A stretch of 64,000 nucleotides of DNA from Macrostomum lignano (Eukaryota), in NCBI GenBank assembly GCA_002269645.1, contig NIVC01000741.1:186001-250000 (forward strand), given 5' to 3'. Shown here piece after piece: positions 1 through 9,644 of this stretch. The notes beneath the pieces are model-generated. The model ran no database searches and was not told the DNA's origin. It saw only the letters and a list, made by a program, of their open reading frames with translations. How positions within the stretch are numbered: the first letter of the stretch is position 1; every line of letters starts with the position of its first letter. Position numbers and translations under genes: made by a program.

Positions 1-50
1 CGTGTTTTTGTTATCGTCCGCCAAAAATTGCAATAGTTGACTCTGTTAAA
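1..50 (+). mobile_element. 3' end of an LTR of the same Gypsy family as 38213-42598, inserted just downstream of the Polinton polB
   Basis: Bases 1-50 (cgtgtttttgttatcgtccgccaaaaa...gttgactctgttaaa) align with the reverse complement of the LTR start at 38213 (cgtgattttgtttcgcccgctaaaaagttgactctgttaaa). No PBS follows, so this is a 3' or solo LTR. Confidence 0.75.
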
Positions 51-89
51 TAAACCTAACCTCCACCTCCTAAACCCAACCTCAACCTC

Positions 90-3000
90 CTAAACCCAAT
101 CTCCTAAACCTAATCTCCAGTGCCCGAACGGTAGACTGTTAATGTTGTCATCAAAAATGAATCTCTTGTTATCTGCACCTGACAGTCCAATCTTATTTTT
201 CTGAATTGTGTGAATAATGTGGTTTTTAGATTGTAGCTTTGAGAACTCATGTGATGTCTTTTTGTTACAATTCAAGGCGTCTCTGTATTCAGCTTCATTA
301 ATTTCCTTCCTAACCACACGTTTCGGAATTCCCTTTGATTTTTTAATTGGGTCTGACGACTCACATTTTACAAAATAGGACTTTGCTCTCAACCCAATGA
401 ATTCAGTGATTATGTCACCAGCAATCTCGTCCTTCATTTTCCCAATCACTTTCTTGTTAGTAGCGTCAAACACTTGATCGCCATTCTGTGTCCTGAAAGA
501 TTCATCATACTCAGACAAGTCAAACAAATCTTTTTGCTGCAGCATGTCCTGATAAATGTTTGAATGTCCATAATAAAACTGTCTGTGTCAGTGTACAAGA
601 GTTTCATTTTATCCTTGTACTGCTGCTTCATGCCATAGAAGAACTGGTACATCAGACGTTTTGATTCGTCGAGAACAGTGACACCTGTATAGATCGGCTT
701 GCGCAGCGTCACCTTGGTTTTGTAAAATATGATCACACCTAAGTAGCTATTAAAGATATGGAGTTCTTTGAATGTTGGCTTTGACATATTTGCCTGAATA
801 ACAGCAGGCTCTGATGAGGTAACAAGTTTCAGGTTTGTTCTTTTCCGCTCATTCTCAAGAGTCTTGCCATAGACAGAGTTGTTGGCTAACTTAAAGAGGT
901 TCTTGTCAAAGTCGTTGGTTGCTTTGGTCCTAAACTGGGTGTTCTTATCAATGTAGGGTTTCATCCACGCGTCCTCTGTAAATGTAAGAGCCCTGTGAAC
1001 TATGGTGACCCTACAACCAAGTGAGATAAAATACTGAAGCAGTTTGTAATGGATTTTGTAACGTGTTTTGTTGTTTAGATTCTGTGTTAGTTTCTCTGTA
1101 TGTTCTTTTTCTGTTCCTGACAGGTGCCAAGTTCCATTATTATCATTGGGAGTTTCGATTATTTTCGGGCACTTAATATTCTCTGGGAAGGGTGGAAAAT
1201 CAGAGAAAAAGTCGTGAAGCTCTGGTGGAATGTAAACATCAACTTCATAAATGGCAGCCAATGAAAAGTCCTGTTTGAATTCTGATGAGGGTAGCCATCG
1301 AAAATCTCTAACTGGAAGATCTTGACTCATCGCCCACCCGTAGAGATTATTAGCGTCCAAGTAAGTAATGTAGTTTGAGGGCTGCTCCTTATTGTAAGAT
1401 CCAATGTAGGGGTTGTTTGCTTTTGCATATCTATGGGTGCAAATTGAGATTCCCCCTCGCTTTGACGATTCGACAAAATTGTACATGTCAATGTCTGTAA
1501 GAAGTTCAATGTACCAATCTGGATCTTGATCCCATTTCATTTTAAGCAAAGATTCCCAGCTAGTGGCAGGCAGAGACACATAATGTGCTGGATCGAGGCC
1601 ATATGCTGTGTACCAGGTGTATCTGAAGGTTTCAAACACATCGGCCAGCAGAAACACATCTGTGAAGAGGTAAAGCAGGTGATACTGGAAGAAGTTTTGA
1701 CAATTAAAGTAATTATAGACATGCTTCGCGTGCTCATAGTCTTTGTCAGAGATTCCAGAGTCTGTTAGCTTTGAAAAGAACTTCTCCTGTGGTGGTAAAC
1801 CTTCTTCAAATACGTGATACCCAGTAATATTTTCATAGGGGTAGAAGCCTTTGGTTCTCAGGAGTTTAAATGATTCATCACTGTTGTTAATTTTACTTGC
1901 AAACATCTTTGTATATGTACATTGTTCATCTTTTAGATTCTTGCTTAGTTCGTCTAGACTGGCAGCTAGAAATTGATATGAATCCTTCAGTCTTATTTTA
2001 CCTGTACCCGAATTATCCTGTTTAATATCAACACACTTAAACTTCTCCTTGTTCTCTGCGATGCAATCAAGGTGTATGTCTGGAATCATGCCAATTTTTT
2101 CAACTATTAAATGCATGTCATAGTTCTTTGCGTTGTGACAAAATATCGTTAGATCATGAATGTTCGATTATAGCTTTAGATTACAGGTGTTATGCGCTGC
2201 ACCTCTAAATTTCCCAGTAAAGTGGCAGTGGTCCCTAACGGTGGGGTTTTTAACATCAGTGCAAGTTAAATGTTTCCTGCAGATGTGGCAATGAGTTGCT
2301 GATAGGAAATTACGTTCATCCTCCTCAGTCATCATTATTGGAACAGGTTGAAGGGTGCTAATCACTTTTTGCAACTCTAACATTCTGGCAATAAACTGCT
2401 CCACACACTGCTCTCCAAAGAAATAATTATACTCAACAAGTCCTTTTGTATTAATAAAGGCATATGCTACTGAATTGGGGACATGTTTTTGAGTTTGAGT
2501 TTGTTTTTGAGTTTGAGTTTGTTTTTGAGTTTGTTTTTGTGTTTCCGGCATGATTGAGCATTCGAAATCAGCATATACAACAAATGGGAGCTTCTCCATC
2601 TTGTGATAGTTCTTAAACCGGAGATATTTCTCTTCAGCTGAAGGAAGAGAGCAGTTAGTGGGGTGATCCTCGCATGATAATTCATGCTCTGTTAGTTTTT
2701 CAAAGCGTTCAGGTCCACTGTAATGCTTAAGGCACAAGCGGCAGATGGCAACAGCCTCGTGATGATTATTCAACTGCTTGTGAATGAGTCTTGAAAGATC
2801 TTTAATCCAAACATAGTGAGCCTCCTCTAGTAAATTACCAATCACTAGAAGATCCACCTCAATCCGCCTTTTCCCCTCAGGATCTAAAACGTCTTTGCTA
2901 CATCTGACCAGTTGAACTATCTCAGTTTTTTCACTCCACTCAAAGACTGTGATTCTAATTTTGTTATTAAACACTTCTTCTAGCTTTGGGATCTGAGAAA

Positions 3001-3943
3001 TCGCCAAGCCTCCTTTGTCAAACCTGATTCCCTTCTTTTCGCATTCGATGAGATAGTAGTTGAAATAATTTTGATAATTTGAGGTTCTTTCAGGGTGGTG
3101 AGGTACACTAATAAGTGCAGAAAGAACTGCCCATAGAGCACAGCAATTGTCTTTATTTTTAACATTTATGCAAGCTTTTTTGCCGGCTAGCTTATGCGGG
3201 AGCTCTATATAAGAGGAGGCTTTAAGTGGGTCATATTTCATGACCATGACAGTCGCTCTTTGAATCCCTCCCACGACCCATCCGGAACCTCTGGATGTAA
3301 ACGCTTCAATTTTCTTAGTGACATCTTGAAGGAAAGGATCCAGTGTGTCAGTAGGGGTGAATGGCTTCGATTTTGTTGTCATGTAATACTCGAGATGCTC
3401 AGTGGGTTTCGCAGGCATGTAAAACGCAATCTTGAATGATATCTGTAGTTTAAAGGTTTTGCGTGTTTTGAGTGTGTGATCAACAACTGATTGGATGCTG
3501 TCTTTATAGTCGTAGATGTTTGCGGTGGTATCCTTAATTGGGATTGTGTACTCTATGTAATGTTCTGTAAACTTCCTCTGTGCAAAATTAATCTCTTCAA
3601 TGGCAAGCTCCGACTCTTTTAAATGGATTAATTGCTCTAATTTCTCTTGTTCCTGCTTATTTTGTGGGTACTTTGCTTTTTCACCAGTGAGAGTTTCGTA
3701 TTTGTTAACTAAGTTGCGACTCCTCTCTTGGTGTTCCTTTGCAGAATTTTTTATAGGCGCATACTGGTTGGATTCTAATTGATTGATGATTTCCAACTGT
3801 TTTTCATAGCTTCCCAGGTGACCAGGGTCTGTGTTAAACGTTTGTTTACATGCTTCTCTTAGTAAATTACTTTTGTCTTGAAATAAGACGCCTTTTGAAA
3901 AATATTTGTTGACTAAATCTCTTGCTGGATTGGCTTTTGGCAT
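90..3943 (-). pseudogene. polB: Protein-primed family B DNA polymerase (about 1280 codons), disrupted by an in-frame TAA at 2168-2170 and a frameshift near 556-562
   Basis: Read through, the ORFs 2168..3943, 446..2116 and 90..545 give: a papain/vOTU-like segment (KDNCCALWAV...HYVWIKDL), ExoI VYADFEC, an endonuclease VII-like zinc module (CHIC...RDHCH...HNTCN), ExoII HNAKNYD right after the stop, and polymerase motifs DANNLYG, KLANNSVYGK, YTDTDS and LRAKSY. Confidence 0.93.
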
Positions 3944-4067
3944 TTTTTTCTCTAAAATAAAAAAAAATTTTGAGGGTGACCACCCTGATAGAAAAGTTGA
4001 ACTGTTTCTACATCCTATCAGTAGTATTAGGTTTATGAAGCTGGATAAAGTGGGGTTTTAAACCTCA

Positions 4068-4526
4068 TCACATGCGCATTATTGTAAACCCAGCATTGTG
4101 CAGTGTCATGATGGCTTTGACAATGTCAGACTTGCTTACAGAATTTTCATGCTCAAAATCATCACGATCGGGGCAGCCCTCAGGGCAACCATCTCCTGCC
4201 TTAATTGTTATACCTTTATCTCTTGCAATCTTTTGCAATTCTAGCTGGTGGGCTCTATCACTCCCAGCTTTAACAGCAGTTGCTACACCTCCAGCTACAC
4301 CACCTGCGGCACTTACAGCGCCTGCAATGATCGGAATAAGAGCTGCTAATGGTAGGATTCCTCCTGACTTTTCATCTGTGATACTGTGTCTTTGCTCATT
4401 ACACTCAACTATTTGCTGTGTGGGATCAACCTTAACTTTGATACCTTTAATTGAAATAAGACCTGGTTTCTTTGATTCAATGATTTTATTGAGTTTATTG
4501 ATGGTTCTGGTTTCAATCTTTGTCAT
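4068..4526 (-). CDS. Small Polinton protein with an adenovirus pX(mu)-like hydrophobic segment
   Basis: SGG-ILPLAALIPIIAGAVSAAGGVAGGVATAV resembles the adenoviral pX precursor motif GG-(F/I)LP-LIP-IAAAIGA; flanked by integrase and polB. Confidence 0.6.
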   Translation of the reverse strand: MTKIETRTINKLNKIIESKKPGLISIKGIKVKVDPTQQIVECNEQRHSITDEKSGGILPLAALIPIIAGAVSAAGGVAGGVATAVKAGSDRAHQLELQKIARDKGITIKAGDGCPEGCPDRDDFEHENSVSKSDIVKAIMTLHNAGFTIMRM

Positions 4527-4543
4527 TTTTTTATTTTAATATT

Positions 4544-5581
4544 TTAATTAATTTCCGTGTCAGCTGGTATCACTAGGAGTTCAGCTCTAGTGAATGACCG
4601 TGTGGGGGATTTAGGGTTAAAGGCCTGAGATAAAAAGTAATAGTCACTGGAGTCGGAGGTAAAATGTCTGTCTATTTTATGTACATCAAGGCTGAAGTAT
4701 GGATCTGTAGCTCTTCTTTTGGTGTCTTTCTCTAGCTCTCCAGGTAGATATAAAAAGCGTAGAAACTCAGAGTTTGTCAGTATGTATGGTGATTCAACTC
4801 CTGGAAGCTTAGGGTAGTTCGAGGTGTGTTTTGTGTTGTGTGTGTTGTGTGGGGTTGTCGTGTTGTTGTCTGTTTTATGAGATGCCTTAAGTTCGACAGT
4901 GTCTTGTTTAATTGCATGGGACGGTTTCAATCCAGTCATACGTGTGACTTCATTGTTCAGTTGCTCTATAACAGTGGGGAGCCGGTCTGTCCATTTTGAA
5001 TAGTACTGACCACTTTTTAGTTTCAGCTCCTCAGCTGTCTGCTTAGTGAATAGCCTCTTGGCTAGAGTTAGATTGAATCTCTCAACGTACGCTTGGTCTC
5101 TGTGCAAGTTTGTTCTGCCATAGCGAATCTCTGTATTGTGCTTTTCCATAAGGGATTTCACTGCACCCATGAATTCCTTACCCGGGTCGGTCATGAACAT
5201 TTCAGGGTAACTAAGGGGTGAGTTTTTATAAATATCTTGCAGTGCGCTGGCAACAACCTCTGACTTCTTCGTCTTGAGTGGGCGAGCTTCCTTATATCTG
5301 GAAGCAACGTCTGTAATTGTAAGAGCATACTTGTAGCCCGAGTCATTGGGGAGAAACAGAAGATCTGCTTGGTGCGCCTCATTAGGTTTATAAATACTGA
5401 AATGGGGCCTTTCAAATTTTACTGGTGGGAAATAGACTTGAAAGACAGCCTGCTTAGAGAGCCATTTTTCTACTGTAGCTTTTGGTTCCTTACTCAGCTC
5501 CATGAGTTTACTAACGGCATTTTTGCCTACAAAGAATCCTTTGTCGCTGTAGTAGAGTTTTTTAAGTTTCTGATCTGTCAT
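4544..5581 (-). CDS. Retroviral-type (rve) DDE integrase of the Polinton, 345 aa, intact
   Basis: HQADLL, TITDVASRY, MTDPGKEF and QAYVERFNLTL give the D,D,E triad typical of Polinton integrases. Confidence 0.93.
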   Translation of the reverse strand: MTDQKLKKLYYSDKGFFVGKNAVSKLMELSKEPKATVEKWLSKQAVFQVYFPPVKFERPHFSIYKPNEAHQADLLFLPNDSGYKYALTITDVASRYKEARPLKTKKSEVVASALQDIYKNSPLSYPEMFMTDPGKEFMGAVKSLMEKHNTEIRYGRTNLHRDQAYVERFNLTLAKRLFTKQTAEELKLKSGQYYSKWTDRLPTVIEQLNNEVTRMTGLKPSHAIKQDTVELKASHKTDNNTTTPHNTHNTKHTSNYPKLPGVESPYILTNSEFLRFLYLPGELEKDTKRRATDPYFSLDVHKIDRHFTSDSSDYYFLSQAFNPKSPTRSFTRAELLVIPADTEIN

Positions 5582-5611
5582 TTATTTAAAAAGAAAATTT
5601 TAAATAAAATA

Positions 5612-6112
5612 ATGCAGCGCTCTGGTGGTAAAATAGATTCACATGGACTGATAGAAAAGCTTCCTCATCCAAACAAAGGCTGGACACTTCCCGGCTATAA
5701 ATATTGCGGGCCTTTGAATCCACTTGAAATACAGTTAGATACAAACGATAATCCAAATCCTGGGCATGAGCCTGTGAACGAGCTAGACTCTGTGTGCATG
5801 TGGCACGACGTTAAATATAGAGATTTTCCTGAGGAGAAGAATCGCTGGGACAAAGAAATGCTTAAGAGACTAGACAATATAGGGGCTTCAAGCGGATTTC
5901 GTGAGTCGATCGCTCGGAAGCTAGTTAAAGCTGTTATTTTTAGTAAGGCAAAACTGGGATTAGGAATGGGCGCCGAGGGTGGGTGCTTGGGGAGAGAGGG
6001 CTGGTGCACGAGGAGAGAGGGCGGAGGCTCAGGAGCGGGGTTTGTTTTGTGCGCACCTCACAAGGTACTAGGAAGACTGCTGAAAGAGCTGGGGGTAGAG
6101 AGAGCAGAATGA
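5612..6112 (+). CDS. Parvovirus VP1u-type phospholipase A2 domain protein (PLA2X-like), 166 aa
   Basis: LPGYKYCGPLN Ca-binding-loop-like motif and NELDSVCMWHDVKY catalytic HD. The first plausible ATG is at 5612; the track's 5369 start overlaps the integrase antisense. Confidence 0.85.
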   Translation: MQRSGGKIDSHGLIEKLPHPNKGWTLPGYKYCGPLNPLEIQLDTNDNPNPGHEPVNELDSVCMWHDVKYRDFPEEKNRWDKEMLKRLDNIGASSGFRESIARKLVKAVIFSKAKLGLGMGAEGGCLGREGWCTRREGGGSGAGFVLCAPHKVLGRLLKELGVERAE

Positions 6113-6214
6113 TTCAAGTGCCTCAAGTGGTTGGAAAGAAAACCTTGCGCGAAAGCTTGTAAAGGGGATTATATGGGAGTGGGAGAGACGGGATAGGGTG
6201 GTCTAATTCCGGCG

Positions 6215-6310
6215 TATTTATAGCAACGAAAAGGGTTTTCCTTCTAGAATTCTGCTTCTAGAATATTCTAGAATAAAAAGAGAATCCCACGCCTTCCAAA
6301 GCTATAAAAG
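6215..6310. promoter_or_regulatory. Heat-shock-element cluster flanked by divergent TATA boxes
   Basis: cTTCtaGAAtaTTCtaGAAt at 6255-6274 (four alternating nGAAn pentamers); cTTCtaGAAt at 6241-6250; TATAAAAG on + at 6303-6310; TATAAATA on - at 6222-6215. Confidence 0.7.
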
Positions 6311-6392
6311 CGAATCATAATCCTCGTCTGGGGGTTATGCGCTAAATTCACTATCAAGTCTATCGACAACGATTGCCACAATTTTCACAACA

Positions 6393-7172
6393 ATGAGCAA
6401 CATTGAGAAAACAATCGAGAAATTGAAGGAGCTGCATGCGAAAAGTGATATTTCGCTTGCGGAGGCGTTAGCGTCTTGGTCGCCGGAGGAGCTGAAGAAG
6501 TTTAAGGAGAAACTTGACAAGCTAGAAGAAGATGGAAAAAACAAGAGTAAAAAACATAAAAGGAGACCAATGAATCGCAATGCCGACAACGAGCAGGAGA
6601 CATTCCTACGAAATCTCAAACGGAGGCTCACTGATCTGGCCGCAAAAGGTCTTCGCATTGACGGTGGCCTTCTTAAGACGCTGCTGTCCAGCCTAGGACA
6701 AGATCTACGGAATAAATCTAGCGAAGAGGTCCGCAGTATATTTGTGACCATTTCGGACTGTCTGCGGCCGCTAGACAACTTAAAAAGCCTAGGAATGTTC
6801 GAGCAGGCTCGGGCAATCGTCTTCAGTACGAAAACTAGGCCTATCGAGAAGATTGCGGAGGAATTCGGATTGACCGTCCGAAAGGCGAAAGAGTATGTAG
6901 CGTACTACGAGCTAGCGATGCGTTACATAGCTCTGCCATTTACTGGATATTGCCTTACAACGATTTTGAAATACAAGAAGGCAATCGTCGATTTTGCCAA
7001 GGACGACGAAGAACTTCGTCTGGCCTTGGAAGTTGAGCATGAGACGTTCGAATACGTAAACGAAGAAGGCGTCACAGCCGAGATTGCCCTGACCAATTGG
7101 GCCGTGGACGTTCGAGACGACCCAGGTGACGAAGTAGATGACCCAGGTGACGGAGTAGATGTCATGGAGTGA
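6393..7172 (+). CDS. Orphan 259-aa protein with a basic NLS-like patch, an HTH-like segment and an acidic tail
   Basis: Uninterrupted ORF with TATA upstream and AATAAA at 7241-7246; KNKSKKHKRRP, TRPIEKIAEEFGLTVRKAKEYVAYY, DDPGDEVDDPGDGVDVME. No family recognised. Confidence 0.7.
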   Translation: MSNIEKTIEKLKELHAKSDISLAEALASWSPEELKKFKEKLDKLEEDGKNKSKKHKRRPMNRNADNEQETFLRNLKRRLTDLAAKGLRIDGGLLKTLLSSLGQDLRNKSSEEVRSIFVTISDCLRPLDNLKSLGMFEQARAIVFSTKTRPIEKIAEEFGLTVRKAKEYVAYYELAMRYIALPFTGYCLTTILKYKKAIVDFAKDDEELRLALEVEHETFEYVNEEGVTAEIALTNWAVDVRDDPGDEVDDPGDGVDVME

Positions 7173-7332
7173 AGAAGTGACTACTACATGGCCGTCTGTT
7201 GTGTTTGAAATGGTGATTTATATAAATTGATTAGTCGTTAAATAAAAGCCTGCTTATAATTATTAAAATAAATAATAACTGAATCAACAAAATTCGGTTT
7301 TTTTTGTTAATTGGAATCTGACTCGACACGTT

Positions 7333-7890
7333 TTTTTTACCTACTACTAGTAGAAGTAATAGTTCAGAGTGAATATCTTTAGCGACAGAAAATTTCAATT
7401 TACGAAGCTTCGTAAACTCTTTAATGAAAAAACAGAAAATACTAAAATATGTTTTTAACCTACTGCTAGTAGAAGTAGTAGTTTAGAGTGAATATCTTTA
7501 GCGACAGAAAATTTCAATTTACGAAGCTTCGTAAACTCTTTAATGAAAAAACAGAAAATACTAAAATATGTTTTTAACCTACTGCTAGTAGAAGTAGTAG
7601 TTTAGAGTGAATATCTTTAGCGATAGAAAATTTCAATTTACGAAGCTTCGTAAACTCTTTAATGAAAAAACAGAAAATACTAAAATATGTTTTTAACCTA
7701 CTGCTAGTAGAAGTAGTAGTTTAGAGTGAATATCTTTAGCGATAGAAAATTTCAATTTACGAAGCTTCGTAAACTCTTTAATGAAAAAACAGAAAATACT
7801 AAAATATGTTTTTAACCTACTGCTAGTAGAAGTAGTAGTTTAGAGTGAATATCTTTAGCGATAGAAAATTTCAATTTACGAAGCTTCGTA
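7333..7890. repeat. Tandem array of about 4.7 x 119-bp units, each with the palindrome TTTACGAAGCTTCGTAAA
   Basis: tacgaagcttcgta starts at 7401, 7520, 7639, 7758 and 7877 (period 119); units nearly identical; the last palindrome is truncated. Confidence 0.95.
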
Positions 7891-8074
7891 AGCATACAAA
7901 AGACAATCAAGATTCAAAGAAAATTTAGATTTTTTTCAAAGGGTAAGGACCCTGCGCTGATGATTTAAAGTTTTAGGGATCTGGTAGCACGTTGCGGATT
8001 GAATGTGGGGAGAAGAATTCAGATTATTTTCTGATTGTTTCGAAGATGTTATGGGTGGATGTTGGTGGATTATG

Positions 8075-8380
8075 TAGGACACCTGCTATGCTCTGATTCT
8101 GTCGTGGAGGAAGGAGGATAGGTTAGGAGGATTATGGATGACGTTTTGTGAGCGAGTTTTTCTGATTCTGTCAGGGATAATATGGATGGATTTAGGAGGA
8201 TTATGTTCGAAGTTTTCGGAACAAGTAGGACACCTGTTATGCTCTGATTCTGTCAGGGATAATATGGATGGATTTAATGGGATTATGGAGGACGTTTTGT
8301 GAGCGAGTGCGACCCCCCTTTTTTTCTGATTCTGTCAGGGATAATATGGATGGATTTAGGTGGATTATGGAGGACGTGAA
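8075..8380. repeat. Imperfect subterminal direct repeats
   Basis: ctgattctgtcagggataatatggatggattta occurs three times (about 8162, 8244, 8326) plus a partial copy; gacgttttgtgagcgagt twice; gtaggacacctg twice. Confidence 0.8.
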
Positions 8381-9060
8381 AAATTTTGTCCCAGAAGCCC
8401 CCTCATGCCTTCTACTATGTCTAGTCTAACCTAGTTCTAATCTAGTATAGTTTTTAATCTAGCCTAGTTCTAATCTAGTCCAGGATTGTCTATAGACTGG
8501 ACTTGAAATTCCGACTGGAAAAAACCCTGCGGGAAACTTCAACGAGAAAAACTCTCGCGGGGAAATCTCTGCGGGAAACTTCGGCGAGGGGAGGCGTAGA
8601 TGGTTGGCCATACCGGTGTGATCTAGAGAGACAATCAACTCTTAATGGCGAAAAAGGCGTACACTCTGTCAAGTTCATGCAGATGAATTATATTGTACAT
8701 GTAAAATCCAAAAATGAAACTCACCAAACTGACACAGACCAGTAGAAGAAAATTCCACCTCTTTTTCATAATATCAGACGCGGTGCTGCAGTTTGCGTTC
8801 ACTTATACCCTAAATGAGGGGTTCAAAAGTCGGTTTTTTCTTGCTTAAATGTCCAGGCCACAAGTGCGCGCAGCATTTGTAAAACAATGCAGCATTGTAC
8901 GCTTGTAATCAAGATATTTGTAGGCAAATTTCTTGTGCATGAAATGAAGGATTATTATTTAAACCACTTTAAAGCTCACTTTCAGGGAGGTTATAGACAG
9001 ATTTTATTTTGTGGGATTTTATTGATCACTTTCCCGGACATATTGCAAGGATTATATAGA

Positions 9061-9161
9061 AGATAATGCATGGCTTTTAGGGTTGTATTTGTTTAAATCC
9101 CAAAAGTCAAAGGCTCCTGGGATTTAAGATAATACAACCCATAAAAAGGCATGCTTTATCT
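9061..9161. repeat. Imperfect inverted repeat (small MITE-like hairpin)
   Basis: About 40-bp arms: agataatgcatgg...ttaaatccc and gggatttaa...catgctttatct. Confidence 0.55.
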
Positions 9162-9644
9162 CACTTAAATTCTTTCCTTTTCTGGGATTTGACCTAATAA
9201 ATCCCAGAACATGTGAAATTTGTCTATGGCACTGCATTGCGGGGTCAAGGGGGTCAAGGGGCCACACTTCCTTGTGGAAGTGTGGGAACAGAGTCCCCAC
9301 ATATCTAATTTTTTTATTTGAAAGTTGTGAAAATAATATTTGTTGTTTATGGTTTCAATCTAGATGCTAGTCTGTGTTTCCACTTTTTCTAATGGTTTTA
9401 ATTTTCTTATCTTTTTAAGAGTTTCTGTCTGAAATTATTTGGAGAGGACCTATAAATCACATAAAATGATAAATTACATCTTTAAATTTTCGTCTATGGT
9501 GAAAAAAAAGCTTGCAAATTTGACTGAAAGGGATTTAACATTACTTAAATACTTGTATGCATGAGTTTTTTATTTATTGCAGTTAGCCATAGACAATTGC
9601 AGCAGGCAGGCTGCTATGCATTTTACCCCATTTCAATACACTTA

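Larger units (their letters stand above)
51..8700. mobile_element. Polinton/Maverick (adintovirus-like) endogenous element, partial; right boundary approximate
   Basis: Compact cluster of pPolB, rve integrase, pX-like ORF and parvovirus-type PLA2 with very short AT-rich spacers, followed by repeats. Capsid, ATPase and protease genes and a terminal repeat are not visible in the window. Confidence 0.9.

Noticed and set aside
55-118. Telomere-like CCTAA repeats
   Set aside because: Irregular, overlaps the polB 3' end, and is not a (CCCTAA)n tract.
5369-5611. N-terminal extension of the PLA2 ORF given by the track
   Set aside because: Antisense to the integrase; the ATG at 5612 has a plausible context and precedes the conserved domain.
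4072-6778. Antisense ORFs 4072..4539, 5695..6009 and 6335..6778
   Set aside because: Shadows of real genes on the opposite strand, with no recognisable motifs.
7333-7890. CRISPR-like array (palindromic repeat at regular spacing)
   Set aside because: The intervening sequences are identical rather than unique spacers; eukaryotic context; no cas genes.
8625-8630. AGAGAG as the Polinton terminus
   Set aside because: A right end should read CTCTCT or ACTACT on the + strand; no TSD can be tested.
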